Assembly (NCBI RefSeq): GCF_018977255.1
Contig: NW_024704743.1
Span: 84,880,001 to 84,944,000 of the forward strand
Length of the DNA stretch: 64,000 bases
Reading direction: 5' to 3'
Source of the DNA: Callorhinchus milii
Lineage: Eukaryota
The position numbers and the translations under genes were made by a program. The notes below the pieces were generated by a model that was given only the letters and a program-made list of their open reading frames with translations, ran no database searches and was not told the origin of the DNA. The stretch's first letter is position 1. Each line of letters begins with the position of its first letter. Below are positions 53,101 through 64,000 of the stretch, piece by piece.

Positions 53101-53294
53101 AGTGCATGGATACAGTGGGCTGAGCGGCCTTTGTTTGTGTGAAAGGTATTGTGTTTTAACTGGCTTTGCAGATAGATTTTATTGTATTGTCCCAAGGACA
53201 ATCTTGTGCCCTACAAAAATATACAGCCAATCCATTTTACAGTATATTCTATGAAGTACTTTGAGGCATTTCAATAACGTGATAAGGCACTACA

Positions 53295-53590
53295 GAAGTC
53301 CTGTAGCTCAGTGGTTAGAGCCCTCACCTCACAAGCGAGAGTTCTGGGTTTGATTCCCGGCAGGGCGAAACCTTGGGTAAGTTTCCTTACTCCACACGCC
53401 TGATAGTAATTTTTCAAAAAAAATTGGTCACTTCAATCCATGACTGTTTGTGGACACTGCTGTGTGCAATTGGCTGCTGAGTTTCGCCCACAAGTATTCA
53501 GTCAATTCACTTTACAGTATATTCTGTGCAGCGCTTTGAGACGTCTGGAAGATGTGAAAACGCTACATCAAATGCAAGGATTATTATTAT
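53295..53590 (+). mobile_element. tRNA-derived SINE, full length, moderately diverged
   Basis: Head, core and tail are present; nested in an older SINE tail (~53210-53610). Confidence 0.9.
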
Positions 53591-54294
53591 ATCAAATGCA
53601 AGAATTCTTATTATTAAATGTGTGGATTTCAATGACTCCCAATTTTCTGAAATAAGGACATTGATCGCCTTATTGTAAAATTTGTGTGCTCTTTGTAAGC
53701 GCTCAGCAGCGACAAGGTTGCATATTTTCAGCTCAACAGAATTGAGATTTGAATGTTAGTTTCTCATGCCCATAGTTAGTCCTGTTCAGCATGATGCGTA
53801 GCCATTGATTTATTTGGTTTATTTCAGCACTGCCGTAAACCACAATTATAGGAGTGCTCACTAAGAAGTTTAAACATATTAGAGAATCAAGTCCCGAGTG
53901 TGCCAAAGAACAAGATGTTCAAAATTCATGTCTGCACATTATTTTTGCTTGTCAAGTAAAAGTGCGACTATAAAAGAAATGCACTTTACCCGAGATTTGT
54001 GGTACCACTCATGCAGCCTCTCTGATTTATTCTATTGACGAATACAGTACATGGTAATGGCCCCATAACTACCTCAAAGCAGTGGTTAGTAGTAAGAAGA
54101 AAATGCTTGAATTTATTAATTGAGAAGTTGCCTAAATGTACTTTTATGTCTCAGTAACTGAAAAGTGTTAAACACTTAGCACCTGTCAATAATTTTCTTG
54201 CCTGTTCTTGGCTCTAGCCCTATAAAAAATAAATTGGTCTTTTTAGCACTTTATGTGTACAATGTCTAGTAAGAATCTTCTGTTTTATTGCCAG

Positions 54295-54497
54295 CTCCAT
54301 GGTTACATGGAAAGTGAACCCCTCACTCTGCAGCTGTTTATTGGGACAGCAGATGACCGCCTGCTACGACCACATGCCTTCTACCAGGTCCACCGAATCA
54401 CCGGAAAGACCGTTTCCACTACCAGTCACGAAACCATAATCAACAATACCAAAGTGTTGGAAATTCCACTGCTACCAGAGAACAATATGAGAGCAAA
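54295..54497 (+). CDS. NFATC1: NFATC1 exon 4 (RHD)
   Basis: gccag|[67 protein letters not shown] + AA|gtaagc. Length 203 nt, phase 0 to 2. Confidence 0.97.
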
Positions 54498-56333
54498 GTA
54501 AGCCTCCTTATCCACACATTTGGACACATTTTGTTGACCATTTATAGCTTCTCATTAAAAAAGCAGTCCAGCTTTTCCAAAAATAATTCCCGTCTCCGAG
54601 TCATGAGGTAGTATATTAACAGGAATTACAAGCAAGTTAAAATACTTTGTTATTTACACACAGTGAAACAGTTACAGTATGAGCAGTGATTGATACTAAA
54701 ATCTTAACTGGATGATTCAAAGCTACCATTGCAAGTAAGATCTCTGATGATGGCCAATAAAGCCACTGAGCCTTAGAGACCCAGCAGGTCCCAGGTATGA
54801 TTTGCAAAATGTGGTGAGTTACGTAGCTGATGTTATCTGGTGAGATAATAAGCTACAATTAACCTCTGGTCTAGTAAGGGGAAAATAATAAGCCAGGGTT
54901 TTCGCTTCTGATTACAGTTCTATGACATCTGCTGTGTAGATGTTTTTGGTGTGGACAGGAATGAGTTGCATTGATGTCTCCCATGGTTGAATGGTATGCT
55001 GGCACTCCCTCTGTGCCCACCGTAACACATGACGATTGACCCCTTAGGTGATATACTGGAGTGTAGATGGTGTTCCCCTAGCTCGGGTGCAGATCTCTGG
55101 CTGTCCAGCGCCTTGGGACGTCCTCTCGACGTGAAATGCGCTATGCAAATGTAATTTTTGTTGTCTCTGAAACAAGACCACAGCAGAATTTCAGCATCTT
55201 CAGAGAAGAAGAAATATTGGGATGGGGATTAAAAAAAGTAAAAAAGCCACAATGCAGAAGGTGATCTTTATAACACTATCTATGGGAATAATACAAAAAA
55301 GTATGGTTATTGTACACGTACAGGATTCATAAGATGTGCCTTATATCAGAGGCTATTTTATTTCAGCAACATTTCTAAAAGGTGATCTACAGTGTTATTC
55401 AATGGGACATGTTTTTACATCAGAATCCAGGGCATAAAAAAGTACTAATGGCAGGAGGAAGTTGTGTGCTCTGTCAGGCCCTAAAATGAATAGTTAATTA
55501 TGGGCTTCATTAGTGCAAGAATATCCAATACTGTATTAAATGACCTATTTGATGTTAAATTTAAAAAATGAACAGTCTATGATCTTTTCAGCTGGAAAGG
55601 CTTGATTGTGGATGGTGCCAAAACTCCATTGTTAGTTCAAAATCACCAAGGATTAAATATTGAATTAGTTATTTGAGTTTTCTGTTAGTTTTACATGTCT
55701 GAAGTTCTTTAATTCATTTGGGGTTTTCACAGAAATCTGCAACTAATTTGCCTTTAGCAACTGGACCAACCAGAGTAGCTTTGATGAAGTTCTGATTAAA
55801 CTAAGATTACTTTCCTATTTTTAGTTACTTTACAGTTCCTTAAATACATGCTATTAGAGGCCTTACAACCCCATTTATGCGAAGTCCCTTAGATAATGTT
55901 GTGAGTTCCTTACTGATTCAGAGAACTGCTCTCTAGCTATCAACTTGGTCATAATAACAACAAATTACATTTGTGTAGCGCCTTTCACATCAACAGGGCC
56001 ACAACTAAAGGGCAAGATGGCTATAATTGATCCCTGGCCTATATTACAAATATTACCTAAAGATTATTGGTAACTGGAAATTTAATTGTAAAAGGACAAG
56101 TCAAATATTGTCTGCCATCTATGCTTTTATTTCCATTATTTAGGGAAGAGGTGAAAGAGAGAGGAGAGGTTTATACTTGATTGTCTTACCCAAAATAGCA
56201 AAGTGAGGATAATTTCTTTATACTTTGTAAGGAACAGTTGTCAGTGGAGCTGAAAAAATAGCTTAAGTATATACAGTATTTTCGAGGCATCTTCCCTATG
56301 TTAACAACAATTTCCTTTTCTTGCCTCGAACAG

Positions 56334-56506
56334 TATTGATTGTGCAGGGATCCTGAAACTTCGGAATTCTGACATAGAACTGAGGAAAGGGGAGACTGAC
56401 ATTGGACGGAAGAATACAAGAGTGAGGCTGGTCTTTCGTGTACAAATTCCACAGCCCAACGGTAGATCCCTTTCTTTGCAAGTTTCATCTAATCCTATTG
56501 AGTGCT
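56334..56506 (+). CDS. NFATC1: NFATC1 exon 5 (RHD)
   Basis: aacag|[59 protein letters not shown]|gtaagt. Length 173 nt; not in the ORF track. Confidence 0.97.
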
Positions 56507-57354
56507 GTAAGTATGATTCATTTGTTGGTTATGCCAAATTCAATATCACATTTTGCAATTGTGCTCCATTTTAAATATTTTTTTGTGTAATTTTTGTCCT
56601 GTTATCTTTCCAGTCCTTTGTGGTCTCCTTCAAGCATTGCATTAGCTGCAGCTAGGAGCCCATGTGGGATTATTATTGTAATAATACCAGCATTTGATTT
56701 TGCTCTATAAAATTTAAATGGCTCAAAGTTCAGAGGAAGTGGTCAGTTTATTAAACTCATGGGGTGGGGGGTGTCTGTGTAAAAAAACATTCCAGGTTTT
56801 CTTGATAGACTAGTCCCTAGCACCCAATGTGCAAGTTAGAATTAGAGTTAAACAAAATGTAACATTGTGCTTCTTTGCTTAATAACAAATGTGTGATTGA
56901 CATGTATTTCAATAATCTCTAACTGGGATCATTCTTGTACATTTTGTGTCCTATATCAAGCTTCCACATCTAATGCATCTCAAATCCCATTTTTACAGTA
57001 CAATTCAGTACAACTTTATAATACAATTTACATTTATAGCCCCTTTGACATCCCAAGGACGTCTCATCACTTTTTGCACGCTGGCTGGGCATTTGAGCAG
57101 TGGTGAGGCGGGTGGGGGGGGAGATGGAGTGAGAGGGAGGGAGCTGAAGGGAATGGAGGGAGAGAAAAAGGACCAAAATCTAAGATATTCTCAGACACAT
57201 TCCACACCTCCCTGCTCTGTCTCACGTTGCCACAAATACCTGCTTTCCCCATTTAACACATCAGCCCTCTTCATCTGAGCAAATGCTCAACATGTCCAAT
57301 CTATTGAAACAAAGCTGTCCATTCAAATAGAAGTCAAAGTGCCACCAAAATAAC

Positions 57355-57651
57355 TAATAATAATAATCCTTGCTTTTGATATAGCGCTTTTCACGTCGGG
57401 AGGACGTCCCAAAGCGCTTCACAGAACACACTGTAAAGTGAATTGACTGTATATTTGTGGGCGAACGCGGCAGCCAATTGCGCACAGCAATGTCCCACAA
57501 ACAGTCGTAGATTGAAAATGACCAATTTTATTATTGTTTTGTTTTGGAGGGATTATTATTAGGCGTGTGGAGTAAGGAAACTTGCCCAAGGTTTCGCCCT
57601 GCCTGGAATTGAACTCAGGTCTCTCACTTGCAAAGCGAGTGCTCTAACCAC
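57355..57651 (-). mobile_element. Young SINE, slightly 5'-truncated
   Basis: Near-identical family member. Confidence 0.93.
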
Positions 57652-57814
57652 GCAAACTTTGCATATTGAACAATAGAATCATAGAAATTAACAGCACAGA
57701 AGAAAACTATTGTGCTTGTGCCAGCTCTCTGAAGTCAATCCATTTAACACCCCACCCCTTGCTCTTTCCCCACTCCTTTTACAATTTTTACAAAAAGCTC
57801 CACTGGCTCCTCAT

Positions 57815-60135
57815 CAACAACAACAAAATTACATTTGTATAGCTCCTTTCTGTGGAGTCCTGTAGCTCAGTGGTTAGAGCACTCACTTTGCAAGTGAGAG
57901 ACCTGAGTTCAATTCCAGGCAGGGTGAAACCTTGGGCAAGTTTCCTTACTCCACACGCCTAATAATAATCCCTCCAAAACCAAAAACAATAATAAAATTG
58001 GTCATTTTCAATCTACGACTGTTTGTGGGACATTGCTGTGCACAATTGGCTGCCACGTTCGCCCACAAATATACAGTCAATTCACTTTACAGTGTGTTCT
58101 GTGAGGCGCTTTGGGACGTCCTCCTGACGTGAAAAGCGCTATATCAAATGTAAGGATTATTATTATTATTATTATTCACGTCGGGAGGATGTCCCAATGC
58201 GCTGGACAATCAGTGTTTCGGACCCGAGCTGGGGGTCGGGATCGTGGAGGGTGGAGGGCAGGGGTGGAAGGAAGGTGATCAAAAGCATGGTCGAAGAGTA
58301 TGGTCTTAAGATGGGTCTTGAAGGAGCCAAGGGAGGGGGTGAAGCGGAGGGACTGCGGGATAGTCTTCCAGAGGGTGGGGGCAGAGTAGCAGAAGGCCCA
58401 CCCGCCAATGGTGGGGTGGGTGAGGTGGTGCACGTGAAGCAGGCTGGAGCCTGCTGAGCGGAGGGAGCAGGCATATTGACAGGTGGTTAGAAGGTTGCAG
58501 AGGTAGGGGAGAGCAAGGCCATTGAGGGCTTTAAGGTGAGGACCAGGATCTTGAACTGGATCCTCTGTGATGGGAAACCGATGGAGTCGGGGGAGGATGG
58601 GGTCGCAGAGCCTGGTGCAGGAGAGGACACGAGCTGCAGAGTTCTGGATGATCTGCAGCCTATGGAGGGCGGAGTTGGGAAGACCGACAAGCAGGGAGTT
58701 TATCTAGTCGAGCCTACTTGTTATGAATGTGTGTATGAGGCTCTTGGCAGCCTGTGGTGTGTGACAGTGGCGGAGTCGAGCAATGTTGTGGAGGTGGGGG
58801 AAGGCAGAGCGCGACATGGCACGGATGTGGGGTATAAAGGACAGTTGAGGGTCAAACAAGATGCCAAGGTTCCAGACTGGCTTAGTAAAGTGGAGTGTGC
58901 ATCCATGGATGGTGATACTGTCAGCACCTGAGGTGAGGAAGCACTGGCGGGAGCGAATCAGGAGAGCCTCGGTCTTGTTGACATTCAACTGTAGAAAGTT
59001 AGCTCTCACTTGATGTTTGACAGACATTCTGTCAGGATAGCAGTGGTCCTGGAGTCAAGGGTGGAGGCAGAGAGATAGAGTTGGGTATCATCCACATGCA
59101 TACATGTGGAAATGTATCCCATATCTGCGGATGATGTGACCCAAGAGGGAGCATATAGATATTGAAAAGGAGCGGACCAAGACAGAGCCCCGAGGAACTC
59201 TGCACGAGATCGTGCCAGGGCTGGAGGAGAAACTGGTTGTGGAGACGGTGTGAGAGATAGGATCTGAACCATTCTTGAACAGAACCATGAAGGGTGAGGT
59301 GAGTGGAGAGGCAGTGGTGGAGGATAGAGTGCTGGCGGTGTCGAAGACAGCAGAAAGGTCAAGGAGGACAAGGAGGCAGAGGGAGCCCTGGTCACAGATA
59401 GACAAAATGTCATTTGTCACTTTGACCAAAGCTGTTTCTGTGCAGTGGGCGGCATGAAAACCCGGTTGTAGGGATTCGTGAAGGGAGTGGCGGGAGAGCA
59501 AAGAGCGAAGCTGGGAAGCAATGAGTCATTCCAGGACCTTGGAAAAGAATGAAAGGTTGAAGATGGGGCAGTAGTTTGAGAGCAGGGATGGGTTCAGGGA
59601 GGGTTTTTGAAGGACAGGAGTGATGATGGCTGTTTTTAGAGGGGGGGGGATCTATGCTAGTGGACAGGGAGAAGTTCATGATGTCTGTGAGTAGGGGGGC
59701 AAGGAGGTGGAACTGGGAGGTAAGGAGAGGGATAGAGATGGGGTCAAAGGAGCAGGTGATCGGTTTCATGTGGGTTATGGTGGTGATGAGAGAGGAGGGG
59801 GAAACAGGTTCGAAGGTGTGGACGGAGGGATGGGGAGGTGCTTGGGTGTGAGGGGGCAAAGGGGAGGGGCTAGTGGTCAGAAGGGCAGAGGCAGCTGAGT
59901 GAAACCCCTCGACTTTGGTTTCGAACAATTCCAACATCTCCTCGCAGTTGGCGTTGGAGGACAGAATGGGCAAGGCGTGAGAGAGTGGGCGGAGGAGCCA
60001 GTTGGTGATGGAGAACAGGAGCCTGGGGTTGTCCTTGGTCTCCCAAGATTGTTTTGGAGTAGAACAATGATTTAGCAGGGGTGAGGGCAGAGCAGTAAGA
60101 TTTGATAAGGTCCAGCCAGATCTGCGATGGACTGT
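57815..60135 (-). mobile_element. L2-clade LINE, 5'-truncated and decayed (RT and C-terminal ORF2)
   Basis: QPGFHAAHCTETALVKVTND, LLVLLDLSAVFD, VPRGSVL, DDTQLY, LQLNVNKTE, LIHTFITSRLD and FKTHLKTILF; (TTG)n tail. Confidence 0.92.
57854..58174 (+). mobile_element. Young SINE, full length, nested in an L2 3' tail
   Basis: GGAGTCCTGTAGC head through (ATT)n; flanked by the two halves of an L2 tail. Confidence 0.93.
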
Positions 60136-60142
60136 TAAGTTG

Positions 60143-60557
60143 GAACACCGAACGGATCTACTTCAAGATCCTTACACTTGTGTTCAAATCCCTTTACTCC
60201 CTGGCACCTCCCTACCTCTTTGACCTCCTCACTCCTCAATCCTCACTCCGCCTCCACTCAACTGGCACCGGCCTCCTGCTCGTCCCTTGCTCCCTCCGCC
60301 CCACCATTGGAGGTTGCACTTTCAGCCGCCACACCCCGAGACTCTGGAACACTCTCCCTCAATCCTTCCACCTTGCCCCTCTCTACCTTTTTGAAGTCTG
60401 GTCTGAAAACCTTCCTTTTCAACCGTGCTTACAGTCACCTCCCCCGCCCCCCCCCCCCCCCCCCCCCCCGCCGCTTCGGAGTCAGGCTCTGCCACTGTTA
60501 AGCACTCTGAGATACTACCCTGCGTGGAGGGCGCTCTATAAGTGCAAGTTATCGTTG
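60143..60557 (+). mobile_element. L2 LINE 3' fragment
   Basis: ERIYFKILTLVFKSLYSLAPPYL...PRLWNTLP; tail GGGCGCTCTATAAGTGCAAGTT. Confidence 0.88.
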
Positions 60558-61149
60558 TACAAGTATTTCCTTTTAAAAGGAATCATGAATTCTGATATAA
60601 TCATGGTTCTTGATAGGACATTTCATGTCCCATTTGCCAAGTGCGTGTGTGTTCATGTGACTGTGCTTTCAATGTTGTTGTTTAGCTTCCCCACCAATCA
60701 GGACTAAATCTCTTCAATGCTTCACATTATCTATTCTTAAAAAAAGCAACAAATATTTTATTTTTCATATTTTGTTACTGTAAGAGTTCTTCCTTGTCTG
60801 TCTGTCTCCTTTTTTTTCTTTCCAATCTAACTTTTATATCTTAAATTAGGAGTCACCCTCTGTTTGAGTCAGTTTTTAAGATAGCTGCTCATGCCCAGTT
60901 TGCACCTTTGATGCAAACAAGCCAATGATGCAGTGCAGCACTGAGGCAGTGCAGTAGCCACTGGAAGAGGTGGTTTCAGCCAGAGTCTGCAGCAGCAGAA
61001 AACACAGAGCAGAGTTAATATTCCAGAATGTGTTTTTTGGCCCTTGATTGGTGTAATAGCTGAATTATTCATGCCCATCCCATTTCAGGCCAGTCAAGTG
61101 GAATTTTAGTCACTGGCCTTCCATGGACCTTCTCCAACGAAATAATTGT

Positions 61150-61500
61150 AAACAGCTACTCGAAAGATCACACAAAATTGGTCTGGATGAAGAAGTATTT
61201 CGGCTCATCCGATCTCATCCTTCCAGAACACCCACCCTACCATTTCACCCCTATCATAGCAAAATGCTGCTTTTAAATGAGTTCAGTGCGCATTGCCACC
61301 TGTTCTAAAACCTCTGAGTAAAGAAAAACTTCCTGCTATCTGCCCTCAAATGACCATTAGAACTCTAAACCTATGTCCACTTGTTCTAAACTATAGAACT
61401 GGATTTACTTTTTCAATGCTATCTCAAATTGTATATGTCTCTATGAGGTCTTCTTTGAGTCATCTTTTCTCAAGGCTGAAGGACCCAGCTTTTTTATTGA
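61150..61500 (-). mobile_element. Old CR1 3' fragment
   Basis: Resembles the 17655-18000 copy (AACCTATGTCCACTTGTTCT); another copy lies at ~42505-42745. Confidence 0.5.
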
Positions 61501-61567
61501 GAAATAAACCCAGAGGTTTCATATTCAATCCATAAAATTATTATTGTTGACTTTCTTTTATTTTCAG

Positions 61568-61708
61568 CTCAGAGATCTGCACAAGAATTACCACTTGTGG
61601 AAAAACAAAGCATGGACAGCTATCCTGTCGCTGGCGGAAAGAAGATGATTTTAAATGGTCATAACTTTCTGCCAGAGTCAAAGGTCATCTTTGTAGAAAA
61701 AGCAGCAG
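61568..61708 (+). CDS. NFATC1: NFATC1 exon 6 (start of IPT/RHR-C domain)
   Basis: ttttcag|CT QRSAQELPLVEKQSMDSYPVAGGKKMILNGHNFLPESKVIFVEKAA G|gtatgt. Length 141 nt; not in the ORF track. Confidence 0.96.
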
Positions 61709-63319
61709 GTATGTGGAAGGATATTTAGTATTGTTATCTGACACCAGAAAGAAGTATAAATGACGAGAATACTTTTGGTTCAAAAACTATAAATCTACCT
61801 TTGAGGATAAGACATATTACTAAGCATCTAAACTTTCACCCCTTTTTTAAACTGGGGCTTCCGCTCAGTCTGTAACATAACCCTGAAAGCCAAAGCCCAA
61901 ACGGATAGGGTGGTCCTAGCTAGACAAGCAGTGGGAAAGCTTTCCAGACAGCAATATCAATGGCAAGCTATGCAGTTTTAGCTGGTTTCGACTCCAGCAG
62001 TACCCCAATGCACACTCTAAGGTCCCCAAGCCTTGACTCTTGCCAACCTGTGCCTAATACTTTCCAGAATTAGGTAAGCAGGACACGTGCCTCCAGGGAG
62101 AGAGTTTCCATTCCAACAATCTATCCATGTGTAGGTGGGATGCATGGAAATCTCAGCTTTGTGTGGATACTCTTCAGCACGGAGATGGGTGTCCGCATGT
62201 GTCAGCCACCCAGCTGACCAAAAAAAATCTAAAGTGTTTTGAGACCCTTTCCCAACCTGAAAGATGCTATGTAAGTGCAAATTGTTGTTGTTGTTGCTCT
62301 GCTATCATCTGCTGTAAAGTACTTTTTATTGTCCTGCTCATTATTTATGTGCTACATATTCTGGACGCTATAGATGATCGAATCATTTACTTCATGCCTT
62401 TGTGCATCTGTATTGTTGCCAAGGAACTCAATAGAACTGTTTCAACACTAAGCTTTGTCGTTGCAGTGTGAAATTTAATGTTACAATTTAAATAATAGGT
62501 GTGAATTATTAATAATCATGAGCTTTTGTGGAAAATTTGTGCCTGCCGTCTACTTAATCCTTTTGAGTTTCAATGTAAGTATTTAACTCCAGTCAGAAAA
62601 ATCTAAAAGAGGCAAAAAAAAGTCATATTTATACAGCTGCTGTCAGAATAGTTTCTGTTTGCCAATTAGAATCAGTAAGTGTTTGTTTTGATTGTTTTTG
62701 ATCTTATAGTGCCATGAATTTACAGATAGAGATATGAAGTTGTTTTAAATGGATTATGTTTAAACATCTGTTAAGATGTGACCCTTGCCCTTTCTTAGTT
62801 AATGTGTTTGTCTTAAAGAAGAAGGAAACTCTGTAACTGAGTTCTTTGAATTTTCAGTTCCTTGTCTTCAAATGTAGTTCTTTATTTCTGTCGTATGGTT
62901 CCTTTGAAAAACATATTTTGATTAATTGTGGAGCTGAGAAGGTGCTCTTTTTCTGCAAGAACCAAAGGGTACGCAGCGTCAGTGTCTGGCAAAGGAATCC
63001 ACATACATGGCATCCACTGATCAGCAAGTGTATTTAATCTTCTCATGCACGCAGAGAGCTATTTTGTCAATGTGGAAACCGATCATATGCACCTACTTCA
63101 GGGCTGAATACAAGATGCGATGTACAGGGCAGTTGCTGACTGATATCACCGGAGCGCAGCCTCTTTATCTTTTACTCTGGTGAAATTTGTGCCCACTGGG
63201 AAATTGAAGAGTTTTCCATTTTATGTGCCTAGTGATCCTTTGTCCTCTCATCGATAAACTAACTTTTCTTTGTGGGCAGATATGTTTCAATTCCTACTGA
63301 TCAGCAAATCTAACAATGT

Positions 63320-63745
63320 GAGCTTCACACCTCATAAACTGGCACTGACAAGGACTGTACATTTTCCAATCTGCAGCCACAAAGACTATTGCCCACTTTG
63401 TGTGTTAATGTCATCCTTGTTGCACTAGTGTGAAATTTCGCATTTCTCTTACCAGCTATAATAATAATTCTTGCAGTTGATACAGCACCTTTCACAGTTT
63501 TCGTAGGACGTCTCAAAGTGTATCACAAGATATGTTGCAAAGTGTATCCTGTGAAGCACTTTGCGTGCATTTGGTAGGGGAATATAAATCTGGTGGCATC
63601 TGAGTGAGTTCAGGTTTGAGTGTGCAATTGTGCCCACTAGGCACTGGACATGACCTAATATATTTCAAATGGTTCTCTCATAAACAACAGACAGACGGGT
63701 TCATCCCATTAGTCCAGGCTGCATTTGAATCCACTGTGTTACCCA
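63320..63745 (-). mobile_element. Ancient LF-SINE-like element (second copy ~6915-7225, +)
   Basis: Reverse strand reads GGATTCAAATGCAGCCTGGACTAATGGGATG and GTCCAGTGCCTAGTGGGCA. The 6915 copy has CCTTTCACCTCTGG..GTTCAAAT..GCCCAGACT. Similarity to LF-SINE is from memory. Confidence 0.45.
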
Positions 63746-64000
63746 GGCCCTCTGTTAAGTTATTGATGCAGCAAATACGTTTCTTCCAGACCATCTCAAA
63801 AATCTATTATTGAAATTCAGTACCTTCTAACAAGTGAAAAAAAACTGCCATTTATAATATCTGGGATAAAATGTTCTATATTCAGCGTTTTTCAGTAGTT
63901 TCTTTTAAAATAATGCATTTTATACCATAACTGACAGGCCTTGATTGCAAAAATGCACCAAATTACTTTTTCTTCTGGTTTATGATCCTTTCCAAACTCT

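Larger units (their letters stand above)
11290..64000 (+). other. NFATC1: NFATC1 gene locus (5' part; continues beyond window; TSS approximate)
   Basis: Seven coding exons assembled by hand, with GT-AG borders and compatible phases apart from one missing base in exon 2. Both NFATc1-type N-termini, PRIEIT, SP repeats, KRR NLS and the Rel-homology region are present. Confidence 0.96.

Noticed and set aside
61709..64000. NFATC1 exon 7
   Set aside because: No DGHHxWE-like peptide with splice sites was seen; it presumably lies beyond the window.

Overview
Eukaryotic, vertebrate DNA; the repeat content (Deu-domain tRNA-SINEs, L2, CR1, Penelope) suggests a cartilaginous fish such as a chimaera, which is an inference. 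The window holds the 5' part of NFATC1 on the + strand. There are two alternative first exons (alpha/P1, MKSAEE, 12285-12303; beta/P2, MMTSISQDEEEFDFDFLFEFNQ, 21297-21393), the large regulatory-domain exon (26955-28079) and four Rel-homology-region exons (29647-29806, 54295-54497, 56334-56506, 61568-61708). All are bounded by GT-AG, and the gene runs past the window end. As assembled, exon 2 lacks one base in a homopolymer at ~27996-28003; this frameshift is most likely a consensus error. The introns hold a decayed Gypsy LTR element with both LTRs and a 5-bp TSD, many copies of a young tRNA-derived SINE whose tail matches L2, L2 and CR1 fragments, older SINEs, and a Penelope fragment with a degenerate hammerhead core. 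I found no convincing new gene system. The best leads are the frameshift, the unusual alpha 5' leader, the inverted SINE pairs around exons 4-5, and SINE insertion into SINE/L2 tails. Most ORFs in the supplied track are spurious or transposon-derived.
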